Below, in pieces: positions 10,172 to 19,657 of a stretch of 64,000 bases of DNA. Where the stretch lies: contig JAZNHB010000038.1 of assembly GCA_045576715.1 (NCBI GenBank), positions 8,100-72,099 on the forward strand. The letters run 5' to 3'. This stretch comes from Faecousia sp. (GTDB lineage Bacteria; Bacillota; Clostridia; Oscillospirales; Oscillospiraceae). The notes below the pieces were generated by a model. That model had not been told where the DNA came from, did not search any database, and was given only the letters and a program-made list of their open reading frames with translations. Both the position numbers and the translations under genes were made by a program. Each line of letters opens with the position of its first letter. The stretch's first letter is position 1.

Positions 10172-11356
10172 ATGGAGATAAAGCTAGATTACTCGGATGT
10201 ACAATTTAAGAATAACGGGAAACTGAAGCTTTTGATTATTGTGGGCACGCGACCGGAGATTATCCGTCTGGCGGCGGTTATCACCAAGTGCCGCAAGTAT
10301 TTTGACTGCCTTTTGGCACACACCGGTCAGAACTATGACTATAATCTCAACGGCGTGTTCTTCCACGATCTGCAGCTGGCAGACCCGGATGTGTACATGG
10401 ACGCGGTGGGCAAGGACCTGGGCGAAACCATGGGCAATATCATTGCCAAGAGCTATCAGCTCATGGTGGAGGTCCAGCCGGACGCGGTGCTGGTGCTGGG
10501 AGATACCAACTCCTGCCTGAGCGTGATTGGTGCCAAGCGGCTGCACATTCCCATCTTCCACATGGAGGCTGGAAATCGTTGTAAGGATGAATGCCTGCCG
10601 GAGGAGACCAACCGCCGGATCGTGGACATTATCTCTGATGTCAATATGTGTTATTCTGAGCATGCCCGCCGGTATCTGGCGGATAACGGCCTGCCCAGAG
10701 AGCGCACTTATGTCACTGGTTCTCCTATGGCAGAGGTGCTGAATAACAACCTTGACAAGATCGAAAAATGCGATATTCATGCCCGCTTGGGTCTTGAGAA
10801 AGGCAAGTACATTCTCCTTTCTGCCCACCGGGAAGAGAATATCGACACGGAAAAGAACTTTACTTCTCTGTTTACCGCTATCAACAAGATGGCAGAAAAG
10901 TACGACATGCCCATCCTGTATTCCTGCCACCCCAGAAGCCGCAACCGTCTGGAAAAGAGCGGATTTGCGCTGGATAAGCGGGTCATTCGCCATGAACCGC
11001 TGGGCTTCCATGACTACAACTGCCTGCAGATGAATGCCTTTGCGGTGGTGTCCGATAGTGGCACTTTGCCGGAAGAGAGCAGCTTCTTTACCTCCATCGG
11101 TAGGCCGTTCCCGGCAGTGTGTATCCGTACTTCTACAGAGCGTCCGGAGGCATTGGATAAGGGCTGCTTTGTACTGGCAGGCATTGACGAAAAGAGTCTG
11201 CTGCAGGCGGTGGACACTGCGGTAACTATGGTGCAAAACGGCGACAACGGCATCCCCGTACCCGATTATGTGGAAGAAAATGTATCCACAAAGGTGGTCA
11301 AACTCATCCAGTCCTACACCGGCGTGGTCAACAAAATGGTTTGGAGAAAGTTTTAA
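10172..11356 (+). CDS. fnlC: UDP-2-acetamido-2,6-dideoxy-L-talose 2-epimerase (FnlC/CapG, WecB family)
   Basis: 'VGTRPEIIRL', 'HTGQNYD', 'LGDTNS', 'HMEAGNRC..PEETNR'; follows fnlAB. Confidence 0.92.
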   Translation: MEIKLDYSDVQFKNNGKLKLLIIVGTRPEIIRLAAVITKCRKYFDCLLAHTGQNYDYNLNGVFFHDLQLADPDVYMDAVGKDLGETMGNIIAKSYQLMVEVQPDAVLVLGDTNSCLSVIGAKRLHIPIFHMEAGNRCKDECLPEETNRRIVDIISDVNMCYSEHARRYLADNGLPRERTYVTGSPMAEVLNNNLDKIEKCDIHARLGLEKGKYILLSAHREENIDTEKNFTSLFTAINKMAEKYDMPILYSCHPRSRNRLEKSGFALDKRVIRHEPLGFHDYNCLQMNAFAVVSDSGTLPEESSFFTSIGRPFPAVCIRTSTERPEALDKGCFVLAGIDEKSLLQAVDTAVTMVQNGDNGIPVPDYVEENVSTKVVKLIQSYTGVVNKMVWRKF

Positions 11357-11371
11357 CTTAGGAGGACACTT

Positions 11372-12607
11372 ATGAAAATTGCAGTGGCAGGCACCGGTTA
11401 TGTAGGCCTTTCCATGGCTGTGTTGCTGTCTCAAAATCACAGTGTTACCGCTGTGGATATTGTGCCGGAAAAGGTGGATATGATCAATTGTCGCACCTCC
11501 CCCATACAGGATAAGGAGATCGAAGAATTTTTAGCGACTAAGCAGTTAGACCTCATTGCAACTTTAGACGCGGAAGCTGCCTATCAGGATGCAGAATTTG
11601 TGATCATCGCTGCGCCTACTAACTACGACAGTCAGAAGAATTACTTCGACACTTCTGCGGTGGAGGCTGTGATTCAAACGGTCATGTCCGTCAACCCCAG
11701 CGCCATTATGGTGATCAAATCTACCATTCCGGTGGGCTATACCCAGTCTGTTCGGGAAAAGACTGGCAGCCGGAAGATCTTGTTCAGCCCGGAATTTTTG
11801 CGGGAGAGTAAGGCACTGTACGATAATCTGTATCCTTCCCGTATCATTGTGGGAACCGATTTTACTGATCCCCAACTGGTAGAGGCAGCCCATACCTTTG
11901 CTGCCCTTTTACAGGAAGGCGCCATCAAAGAAAATATTGACACCCTGTATATGGGCTTTACGGAAGCTGAAGCTGTAAAGCTGTTTGCCAATACCTATCT
12001 TGCCCTGCGGGTCTCCTTCTTCAATGAACTGGATACCTATGCGGAAATAAAAGGGCTCAACACCCGCCAGATCATTGACGGTGTTTGTCTGGATCCCCGG
12101 ATCGGCAGCCATTATAATAACCCTTCCTTCGGCTACGGTGGCTACTGCCTGCCCAAGGATACCAAGCAATTGCTCGCCAACTATCAGGATGTACCGGAAA
12201 ATTTAATCCAGGCCATCGTAGATGCCAACCGCACCCGTAAAGATTTTATTGCAGACCGGGTGCTGCAGATGGCCGGCTATTACAGCTATGCGGAAAACGC
12301 CTATGACCCGGGTCGGGAAAAGGATATGGTGATCGGTGTATACCGACTGACCATGAAGTCTGGCTCCGACAATTTCCGCCAAAGTTCCATCCAGGGTGTT
12401 ATGAAGCGGATCAAAGCCAAGGGCGCCACCGTGGTGATTTATGAGCCTGCTTTGGAAGACGGTGCTACTTTTTTCGGCAGCCGGGTGATTAACGATCTGG
12501 ATACCTTCAAAACCACTTGCAACGCCATCATCGCCAACCGCTACGATGCCTGCTTGGACGATGTGCAGGAAAAGGTCTATACCCGGGATCTGTTCTGCAG
12601 AGACTAA
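11372..12607 (+). CDS. ugd: UDP-glucose 6-dehydrogenase
   Basis: 'GTGYVGLS', 'FSPEFLRE', '[16 protein letters not shown]'. Confidence 0.96.
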   Translation: MKIAVAGTGYVGLSMAVLLSQNHSVTAVDIVPEKVDMINCRTSPIQDKEIEEFLATKQLDLIATLDAEAAYQDAEFVIIAAPTNYDSQKNYFDTSAVEAVIQTVMSVNPSAIMVIKSTIPVGYTQSVREKTGSRKILFSPEFLRESKALYDNLYPSRIIVGTDFTDPQLVEAAHTFAALLQEGAIKENIDTLYMGFTEAEAVKLFANTYLALRVSFFNELDTYAEIKGLNTRQIIDGVCLDPRIGSHYNNPSFGYGGYCLPKDTKQLLANYQDVPENLIQAIVDANRTRKDFIADRVLQMAGYYSYAENAYDPGREKDMVIGVYRLTMKSGSDNFRQSSIQGVMKRIKAKGATVVIYEPALEDGATFFGSRVINDLDTFKTTCNAIIANRYDACLDDVQEKVYTRDLFCRD

Positions 12608-12628
12608 ACTATAAAAGGGACGAACATT

Positions 12629-13804
12629 ATGACCCCAGAACAACAACTGCTTATTGGCACTGTAAAAGCCGCGATTACTGGCGCAACCTTTTCTATGGAA
12701 GCGGAGCCCGACTGGCTGTCGTTTTACGCGCTGGCAGGCAGACACGGACTGTTGCCCCTTGCCTATGATGGTTTGCAGAAAATACCAATCCTGTGGCAGC
12801 AGCTGCCTCAGGATGTCCAAAAAGGGCTGTTTACCGCCTACATGCAGGCTATATATCGGGACGCCCAGGCAGAGCATCTGAAACAGCATCTGCAAACAGC
12901 GTTACAGCAAGCCTGTGTTCCTCACATCTTCTTAAAAGGCGCTGTCTTGAAATATGACTACCCGGAGCCTGCTTTGCGGACTATGAGTGATCTGGATATT
13001 CTGGTGTATGCCAAGGACTTTGATGCTATTGCTGTAGTAGCCAATGCCTTGGGCGGCAAGGCTGTTACTGGTGACGGCAACCACCGAAATTATTTGTTCC
13101 CCGGTAAGGTAGCTGTAGAGTTTCATCCAAATCTTCTGCACCATGCAACCCCTATTGGTACCGGCATCAATCCGGGCTGGCAGTATGCCAAGGATATGCA
13201 GGACTCTTTCTCTAAAGAACTGACGGAAGAGGGCTTTTATCTGAATACCATCTGCCACCTTGCTAGCCATTTTGTAGACGGTGGTGTTGGCGTGCGGTTT
13301 GTGTTGGATGTATGGGTCAGTCGTCACCTGCGAAAGACTCAGCCGGACAGAGCCTTTGTGGAGGCAGAACTGACCCGGTTCGGTCTCTTGGATTTTGCCA
13401 AAAAAATTGAACAACTTGCCGATGCCTGGTTCGGGGAGCAGCCAATGTCCCCTCTGCTGGAAGAACTGGAAGAATATATCCTAACCAGCGGCAGCCATGG
13501 AACCACAGACCGGGCTATGCTTAACGCTCTGAGTCTGTCCCCTGGCGGAAGTCGCACTTTCACGCTTTGGAAAAAGGCATTCTATCCCAAAGCAGAGCTA
13601 GAAGACCGATTTCCTTGGTGCAAGGGTAAAGCCTGGCTGCTGCCTGCTGCTTGGTGCGCTCGAGCCTATAATGCTATAACACAGCATGGAAATATTATTA
13701 TCAACTGGAGTAAGGGAACCGGAAAAATTAGCAAAACCGAAGTGATTGAAAATCAGGAAAAGTTGCGGCGATTTGGGATACATAAGAAAAGCAAATCTGA
13801 GTAA
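12629..13804 (+). CDS. Uncharacterised nucleotidyltransferase family protein (NTP_transf_5-like)
   Basis: 'LKGAVLKYDYP...RTMSDLDILV', 'VEFH', 'HF..GG.G.RFVLD'. Confidence 0.85.
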   Translation: MTPEQQLLIGTVKAAITGATFSMEAEPDWLSFYALAGRHGLLPLAYDGLQKIPILWQQLPQDVQKGLFTAYMQAIYRDAQAEHLKQHLQTALQQACVPHIFLKGAVLKYDYPEPALRTMSDLDILVYAKDFDAIAVVANALGGKAVTGDGNHRNYLFPGKVAVEFHPNLLHHATPIGTGINPGWQYAKDMQDSFSKELTEEGFYLNTICHLASHFVDGGVGVRFVLDVWVSRHLRKTQPDRAFVEAELTRFGLLDFAKKIEQLADAWFGEQPMSPLLEELEEYILTSGSHGTTDRAMLNALSLSPGGSRTFTLWKKAFYPKAELEDRFPWCKGKAWLLPAAWCARAYNAITQHGNIIINWSKGTGKISKTEVIENQEKLRRFGIHKKSKSE

Positions 13805-13850
13805 TTATTTTGTGTAAACATTCTCCCACAAGTCCAATCACGCCCCACCC

Positions 13851-13878
13851 TTGACATATTTATGCTTTGTGGTAAAAT
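13851..13878 (+). promoter_or_regulatory. sigma70/sigmaA-like promoter
   Basis: TTGACA-16 bp-TAAAAT with an extended TG. Confidence 0.5.
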
Positions 13879-14047
13879 AAACAAGAAGCGCATCAAAAAT
13901 GTAAGGAAGCGGTAAAATGACCGATGCACAGCAACGAAAATTGAGCCGTATTTCCCCAGAATTGTGACCAACTTTTGACCAACAAAAGTCCGGTAAAACA
14001 AAATAATCGGTATAATAGCACTATATTTCGACGGCTATTATAGTGGC

Positions 14048-14096
14048 TACCACCACATATCCACAAAGCCTAAAAACCACCATCGAATGGGAATAA
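14048..14096 (+). mobile_element. att-site remnant: degenerate duplicate of the guaA 3' end
   Basis: Reads Y-H-H-I-S-T-K-P-K-(+1 nt)-T-T-I-E-W-E-stop, resembling the GuaA C-terminus (YDIxxKPPATIEWE*). Lies just upstream of an integrase remnant. Confidence 0.7.
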
Positions 14097-14123
14097 ATCC
14101 CGCACCTTTTTGAGAGATTTGAG

Positions 14124-14160
14124 AACCCGAAAGCCCTTGCAAATCAAGGGTTTTCGGGTT
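14124..14160. terminator. Hairpin next to the att site
   Basis: AACCCGAAAGCCCTTG-caaat-CAAGGGTTTTCGGGTT inverted repeat. Confidence 0.6.
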
Positions 14161-14166
14161 TCTTGT

Positions 14167-14229
14167 TTTACGGAACAATCTTGACTTTGCGGAACATTTG
14201 CGGTATCTTTGGGGTATGATTTGCGGAAC
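14167..14229 (+). repeat. Tandem TTT(G/A)CGG(A/T)A direct repeats, integrase arm-site-like
   Basis: Copies at about 14167, 14186, 14197, 14208 (degenerate) and 14220, with another at about 14699. Confidence 0.6.
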
Positions 14230-14605
14230 GATTTCAGCAAAGGAGGGTTTGTCTATAAAATATACAACTGTGAATGTTCAGCAACTAACCAACCGAAAAG
14301 GCAAACCTTGGCAGGCAAGAGCCAAATATAAAGATGTGTATGGCAAATGGAAAGAAGTAAGTAAAATGCTTCCCGAAGCCAAAGGCAAGAAAGAAGCTAT
14401 GCGAATAGCCAAAGAATGGTTAGACCAATTAAATGCCGAAGCTGATTTGATGCCAAATGCAGGAAAGGCAAAGACAGTAGATGAAATCTATAGGGAATAT
14501 CTGCTTCACCAAGTATCAACAGGAGAAATAGAAAGAAGCACCTACAGCAATACCCTGTATTCCTATAGCAAGTATATTAAGCCTTATTTGCCTGACAGCA
14601 GATAA
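14198..14605 (+). pseudogene. Truncated tyrosine integrase (arm-binding and start of core-binding domain only)
   Basis: 'KGKPWQARAKYKD..GKWKEVSK...KKEA', 'TVDEIYREYL...ERSTYSN...KYIKPYL', then a stop. No catalytic RHRY domain; AT-rich; true start uncertain. Confidence 0.75.
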
Positions 14606-14732
14606 AGCGAGTTGATTTATTGCGCCGCGGTCGGCGATGGACGAAGGTGCACCGTCACCGAGGACATTTGCCGGGCACCGCAAACGGGATCGCACCGATT
14701 TGCGGTAATATGCAATACCAATAGGCAAAACA

Positions 14733-14774
14733 AGTGCCCAAAAACCCTCAGAAACAAAGGGTTTTCGGGCACTT
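14733..14774. terminator. Hairpin, likely the nagB terminator; shares AAGGGTTTTCGGG with the 14124 hairpin
   Basis: GTGCCC...AAACCCT...AGGGTTTTCGGGCAC. Confidence 0.55.
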
Positions 14775-14791
14775 TTATGTTTTGTTAGCTA

Positions 14792-15577
14792 TTACTTCTC
14801 GTTTTTGTAGATTTCCTTGAAGTACTTGTAGGTATCTACCTTCAGCTCGCCGCAAGCAGCCTCGTCGCAAGCAATGATGCCGTCGGGGTGCAGCTGCAGA
14901 GCACTGATGGTCCACGCGTGATCCACGCCGCCTTCCACGCAATGCCGCAGGGCGCGGGCCTTATTATGACCGCTGATAATCAGCAGAACCTGCTTGGAAT
15001 CGCAAACCGTGCCAACACCAACGGACAGAGCAGTCTTGGGCACCTTGTTGGGATCGTTGTCGAAGAAGCGGGAGTTGACGATCAGGGTATCCTCGGTCAA
15101 CGCGCGGATGCCGGTACGGGAGGTCAGGCTGGTGAAGGGCTCATTGAAAGCAATATGTCCGTCCACACCGCTGCCGCCCAGGAACAGGTCGATACCGCCG
15201 TAGGAGGCGATCTTTTCTTCGTAATGGGCGCATTCTGCTTCCAGATCCTCAGCCATGCCATTGAGAATGTTGATATTCTCAGCGGGGATGTCGATATGGT
15301 TGAAGAAATTGTCGTGCATGAAGTACCAGTAGCTCTGGTCATGCTCTCTGGGCAGGCCCACATACTCGTCCATATTAAAGGTCACCACATTCTTGAATGT
15401 AACCTTGCCAGCCTTATTCATCTCAATCAGGCGCTTGTAAACACCCAGAGGTGAAGAACCGGTAGGCAGACCCAACACGAAGGGGCGATCCTCGCCGTGG
15501 TTATTGATAGCATCTGCGATGTGCTGGGCAGCCCAGGCGCACATGGCATCGTAATCGTTCTTGATAATGAGTTTCAT
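14792..15577 (-). CDS. nagB: Glucosamine-6-phosphate deaminase
   Basis: 'LGLPTGSSP', 'FNMDEYVGL', 'DGHIAFNEP', 'SALQLH'. Confidence 0.97.
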   Translation of the reverse strand: MKLIIKNDYDAMCAWAAQHIADAINNHGEDRPFVLGLPTGSSPLGVYKRLIEMNKAGKVTFKNVVTFNMDEYVGLPREHDQSYWYFMHDNFFNHIDIPAENINILNGMAEDLEAECAHYEEKIASYGGIDLFLGGSGVDGHIAFNEPFTSLTSRTGIRALTEDTLIVNSRFFDNDPNKVPKTALSVGVGTVCDSKQVLLIISGHNKARALRHCVEGGVDHAWTISALQLHPDGIIACDEAACGELKVDTYKYFKEIYKNEK

Positions 15578-15722
15578 AATCTCACACTCCATTAAATTGT
15601 TTCGCCAACATTATAAATCTTTTGCGCCGATTTGTCTACAGGGAAATTTTATCTTGTCATTCGCAAATTGCTGACCATCATTGGTTTGCAATGGCAATTA
15701 TATTTATGCTTTTATAGTCTGA

Positions 15723-16511
15723 CTATAAAGGCTTTCTCCCTATTTCCCCCATCGCCGCGCTGTTGCGATACTGACTGGGCGACTGTCCTACAAACCGATG
15801 AAAATCATAGGAAAAATAGCTGATATTTTCGTATCCGCTACGAATTGCCACCTCACTAACGGAGTAGTCACCGGTTTCCAGGAGTGCTTGGGCGTGGGCA
15901 ATACGGACATTGCGAATATACGAGATAGGCTGACAGCCATAAAATTCCTTGAACTTCTTTCGGAAATAAGTCTGGCTGACCCCAGCATTTTGCGCCAAAA
16001 GCGCGACGCACAGAGAAGGTTCATTAAAATTGTCGTGAATATACGCTTTCGCTTCTTGAAACCTTTTTGGTATTTGCGTTTGTGCCAAATCAGAATCTTT
16101 GCGAATCTGACGCAATAGTCGGTATAGCAATTCCATAGTTGCAAAATCTTTCCGTTGGTTTGGGGGACACACCTGCACAATTTGCGAGAACAACCTTTCA
16201 TATACCTGCCACTGCTCCGGCATCCATACAAAAGGTTCCTGGGGAAATCCCTCTTCAACCCAAAAATGCACCACATACATAGACCCGGCGCTTATATGAG
16301 TAGTGGTGTAATCATAACCGGAGGGCATATAGAGCAAGCAGCGTGGCGTAACATGAAACGACCGGCTGCTTCCGGTAACGGTAATTTCACCGGAAAGTCG
16401 AAAACTGATAGAGCAGAATGTGCGCCCCGGAACAAACGTTGGGGCGGTAATTGCATAGTCCAATTTACCTGAAGATAGCTCTATTATTGAAAAATCCTGT
16501 TCAAAATACAT
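15723..16511 (-). CDS. AraC family transcriptional regulator
   Basis: N-terminal cupin-like domain and C-terminal double HTH 'SQTYFRKKFK...SVSEVAIRSGYENISYFS..F..G.SPSQYR'. Confidence 0.92.
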   Translation of the reverse strand: MYFEQDFSIIELSSGKLDYAITAPTFVPGRTFCSISFRLSGEITVTGSSRSFHVTPRCLLYMPSGYDYTTTHISAGSMYVVHFWVEEGFPQEPFVWMPEQWQVYERLFSQIVQVCPPNQRKDFATMELLYRLLRQIRKDSDLAQTQIPKRFQEAKAYIHDNFNEPSLCVALLAQNAGVSQTYFRKKFKEFYGCQPISYIRNVRIAHAQALLETGDYSVSEVAIRSGYENISYFSYDFHRFVGQSPSQYRNSAAMGEIGRKPL

Positions 16512-16682
16512 AAAAAATATCTCCTCGACTGCCGTCCTTCCCCAGTATTTTACAATAAATATTTTAATATTTCAATATAAATCAGTTTCGAAAATCTAAA
16601 ATTTATTATGAATACTTATTGTTGGAATCAAAACAGAGCCTTATAATGAACGCAGATTTCATATTTTAAGGAGGAAATCCCG

Positions 16683-17603
16683 ATGAATGAATTAAAACAA
16701 AAGCTTATAGATGCTGCAAAAAGAGAAGGCATTGATCTTCTTGGTTTTGCTCCCAAGTCTCGTTTCGATTGCATCGAAGCGGCGCATAATCCCTTCTCCA
16801 TCTTCCCGGAAGGCAAGACGGTGATCCTGCTGGGCAAGCGTATTTGTCGCGGTTCTCTGCGTGGCGTGGAAGAAGGCACCAACTTCAATGACTACACCTT
16901 GTTTGGCAGAAACTGGCTGGAGGATGAGTTCCTGGCTCTGGCCTGCTACAATTTGGGCAATGTTTTGGAAGACAACGGCTGGGAAGCCGTGCCGCTGTTT
17001 GATAACCCCCCGGAATCTGAACCCACCGGTGTTCCGGTTGCCCTTGGCAAGCCTGCGCCGAACGTATATCCCGATTTTACATACGCAGCCGTAGCTTGCG
17101 GCCTTTGCGAGCTGGGTTATGCCGGTCTTCCCCTGTCTGAAGAATTTGGCTCTCGCCAGCGTTTCCAGATGATCATTACCGACGCAGAGCTGGAGCCCAC
17201 ACCTGTTCAGCAAGCACACATTTGCACGGCCTGTGGTAAATGCGCTGAGGCTTGTCCCTACGGTGCTATCAGCAAGACCGAAACGGAAGAAATTGAAATC
17301 TGCGGCAAGAAGATGACTGTTGCCAAGATCGACTACAACATCTGCAAGCAGTGCAAAAACGGTGCCGTCCCCAATCGGTTTACCGCTGACGGAAAGCCCG
17401 ACCGGGTCGCCGCGTTGTGCAACCGCACCTGCATGTGCTATTTGGAAGAGAACGGCTTGGTTGGAAACACCTTCGAAAACGGTTTCCGCAAGCGCGAGGC
17501 ATGGTCTGTTTGCAATGCCACCGTTTCTGCCCAACGCAATACCGATGCTGCCAATGTGCTGGGCGGCCAGTTCAGCACCGACGGAGATCGCGGCAAGCGG
17601 TAA
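16683..17603 (+). CDS. Epoxyqueuosine-reductase/reductive-dehalogenase-superfamily Fe-S (putative cobalamin) protein, paralog 1
   Basis: 'GIDLLGFA...P...FPEGKTVI', 'AAVACGLCELG...FGSRQRF..IITDAELEP', CxxCxxCxxxCP plus further Cys; strong RBS. Confidence 0.75.
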   Translation: MNELKQKLIDAAKREGIDLLGFAPKSRFDCIEAAHNPFSIFPEGKTVILLGKRICRGSLRGVEEGTNFNDYTLFGRNWLEDEFLALACYNLGNVLEDNGWEAVPLFDNPPESEPTGVPVALGKPAPNVYPDFTYAAVACGLCELGYAGLPLSEEFGSRQRFQMIITDAELEPTPVQQAHICTACGKCAEACPYGAISKTETEEIEICGKKMTVAKIDYNICKQCKNGAVPNRFTADGKPDRVAALCNRTCMCYLEENGLVGNTFENGFRKREAWSVCNATVSAQRNTDAANVLGGQFSTDGDRGKR

Positions 17604-17618
17604 TTGGAGGAAGCCGGG

Positions 17619-18743
17619 ATGAAATTAACATCTGAAATGATCAAAGAAAAGGCGAAAGAATTAGGCATTGATTGTATCGCCATCGGCAACATTGAGCGCT
17701 TTGAAAAGTCACCCGTTCTGATGTCTCCGAAAACTTACTTTCCCGAGTGCAAATCAGTCATAGCCATTGCTATGCGTATCCCCAGAGGCGCCAATCGTGG
17801 CATTGAAGAGGGAACCCACTGGCACAACTATACCTTCTATACCTACAATAAGCTCAATTCCTTTTTCCGCCCGAAGAAAACGTATGATTTGTGCTGCTTC
17901 ATTGAAGATCACGGCTGGGAGGCAGTTGCCCATTATCCTGCCGTTCCGGAAGGCAACGGAACTACCCAAGAGCCTGTCGCACCGGGAAAAGTCCCTCCTG
18001 ATGTGGTTTGCAGCATTCGTATGATCGCTGCAGGCTGTGGCCTTGGCGAGATCGGCTTCTCCAAGGTGTTCTTAACCAAGAAATTCGGCCCCCGTGTTCG
18101 TCTTGGTTTGATTTTTACCGACGCGGAACTGGAGCCGGATCCCATTTTGGATACAGGAACCATTTGTATGCACTGCGGTGCTTGTACAAGAATGTGCCCC
18201 GGTGGCGCAATTCCCTCTGTAAAGGATGAAGATCGCCGTCTGACCGTGGATTTCGGCGAAAAGCAAGTGTGGTTCGGCGATGTCCAAATGGGTCGCTGCA
18301 CCTTGTCCCACCATGGCATGAACAACGAGTGCTCACCGTTCTTAAAGAAAGAGTTTCCCAACATGGCTTTTGATGTGCGCAACAGCGAAATGACGGAAGA
18401 AGAAGCCTATATCATGGCCTATGCCATGGCAAATGCAAAATGGGGCAGAAAACCACATACAAGCTCTGTCATGGAATACTATAACTACATCATCAGTCAT
18501 ACCGGTTACTTTGCAATATGCGGTGCTCGTGGCTGTATTCGCGCTTGCAACGATGTGCTGGAGCGCGCAGGACGCATTGAAAACCAGTTCCACAACAACT
18601 ACTACAAGCGCAAGAGCTGGTTGCTGCCAAACCAGCCTGAAACCATCTCCACCGGTGTCAACCCCTATCGGGAAAAATACCTGGATGAAAAGTACCCCGG
18701 AATTCGGGAAAACGAGTACGAAAAACCTAATTCTGAAAAATAA
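17619..18743 (+). CDS. Epoxyqueuosine-reductase/reductive-dehalogenase-superfamily Fe-S (putative cobalamin) protein, paralog 2
   Basis: 'KAKELGIDCIAIG', 'AAGCGLGEIG...FGPRVRLGLIFTDAELEPDP', 'CMHCGACTRMCP', 'CGARGCIRAC'. Confidence 0.78.
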   Translation: MKLTSEMIKEKAKELGIDCIAIGNIERFEKSPVLMSPKTYFPECKSVIAIAMRIPRGANRGIEEGTHWHNYTFYTYNKLNSFFRPKKTYDLCCFIEDHGWEAVAHYPAVPEGNGTTQEPVAPGKVPPDVVCSIRMIAAGCGLGEIGFSKVFLTKKFGPRVRLGLIFTDAELEPDPILDTGTICMHCGACTRMCPGGAIPSVKDEDRRLTVDFGEKQVWFGDVQMGRCTLSHHGMNNECSPFLKKEFPNMAFDVRNSEMTEEEAYIMAYAMANAKWGRKPHTSSVMEYYNYIISHTGYFAICGARGCIRACNDVLERAGRIENQFHNNYYKRKSWLLPNQPETISTGVNPYREKYLDEKYPGIRENEYEKPNSEK

Positions 18744-18758
18744 TATCCCCTTTCCCAT

Positions 18759-18793
18759 ACAGCGCCGCCTGCGAGTATTTGCAGGTGGCGCTG
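18759..18793 (+). terminator. Rho-independent terminator
   Basis: CAGCGCCGCCTGCGAG/TTTGCAGGTGGCGCTG hairpin followed by a T-rich tail. Confidence 0.6.
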
Positions 18794-18934
18794 TTATTTC
18801 TATGATTTTCCGCCTTATTTTTTGTAAAAACTGCCCCAACACTGCATAGCTGCGGTGTTAGGGCAGTGAACGGTAACCAGAGTTTGCACTTGGTTTTTCA
18901 TAGGGCGACCCGGAATATTCCGGCAATTCCCCCT

Positions 18935-19657
18935 TTATTTCTCGCTTTTCCACGCGTGGATATAATTCCACGCATGGCGACACATTTCCGGGCGGGGGCT
19001 GCTGCCGGACAGAGCAAAGTAGATCTCCTTATCCGTGCCAATATTGTCCTTAACAAAATCTATTTGGGTGATTTTCACCGCAACAGGCACCCGGTCATAA
19101 TCGCCCTCCTGCTGGGCATAGACCACCAGCTTCTGTTCATTGAGCGCTTCCAGTTCCGCCTCGGTGAAGAAATCCCGCAAATCCATGTAAACATCGTAGG
19201 CTATGTAATACTCCATGGCATACTGGTCCAGAAGTATATAATCCAGCATGGCACCGGAAACCCGGGCAGGAAGAATCATAGAAGCCGTCATACTGATCTC
19301 GCCGGTTTCCGGGTCAAAGGGATCGCCGAAGGCAGTATAGTCCACCTCCGCCACTTGATTTTCTTCTGTGGCACCCAGGTGCTGCGCATAGTCGGTGGTT
19401 AAGTATTCCATACCCTTTTGCTCAATGGAGATGTTTATCATCATGCCGCTGACCAAAACCTCTTTGTCCTGCTCCTTTAAGACCGTTACCGCAAGGCAGA
19501 TCGACATAACGACCATAAATATTACCAGCAGCCACTCTTTATAGTACATCCACATATGCTCGCACTTCTGCGCAAAGGTCATAGGCTTCAGATCTGCGCA
19601 GAGCTTTTGAAAACCTACTACGATTTTTGACTGTTTCCATGTTCCCTTCATGTTCAC
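18935..19657 (-). CDS. Membrane-anchored hypothetical protein
   Basis: 'W.YYK' before a single TM helix, then a soluble domain; overlaps the DUF624 gene by 4 nt. Confidence 0.7.
   Translation of the reverse strand: MNMKGTWKQSKIVVGFQKLCADLKPMTFAQKCEHMWMYYKEWLLVIFMVVMSICLAVTVLKEQDKEVLVSGMMINISIEQKGMEYLTTDYAQHLGATEENQVAEVDYTAFGDPFDPETGEISMTASMILPARVSGAMLDYILLDQYAMEYYIAYDVYMDLRDFFTEAELEALNEQKLVVYAQQEGDYDRVPVAVKITQIDFVKDNIGTDKEIYFALSGSSPRPEMCRHAWNYIHAWKSEK

Noticed and set aside
16683-18743. Calling the pair queG or respiratory rdhA
   Set aside because: No Tat signal, RdhB anchor, QueG-specific motifs or queuosine context, so only a superfamily-level call is supportable.
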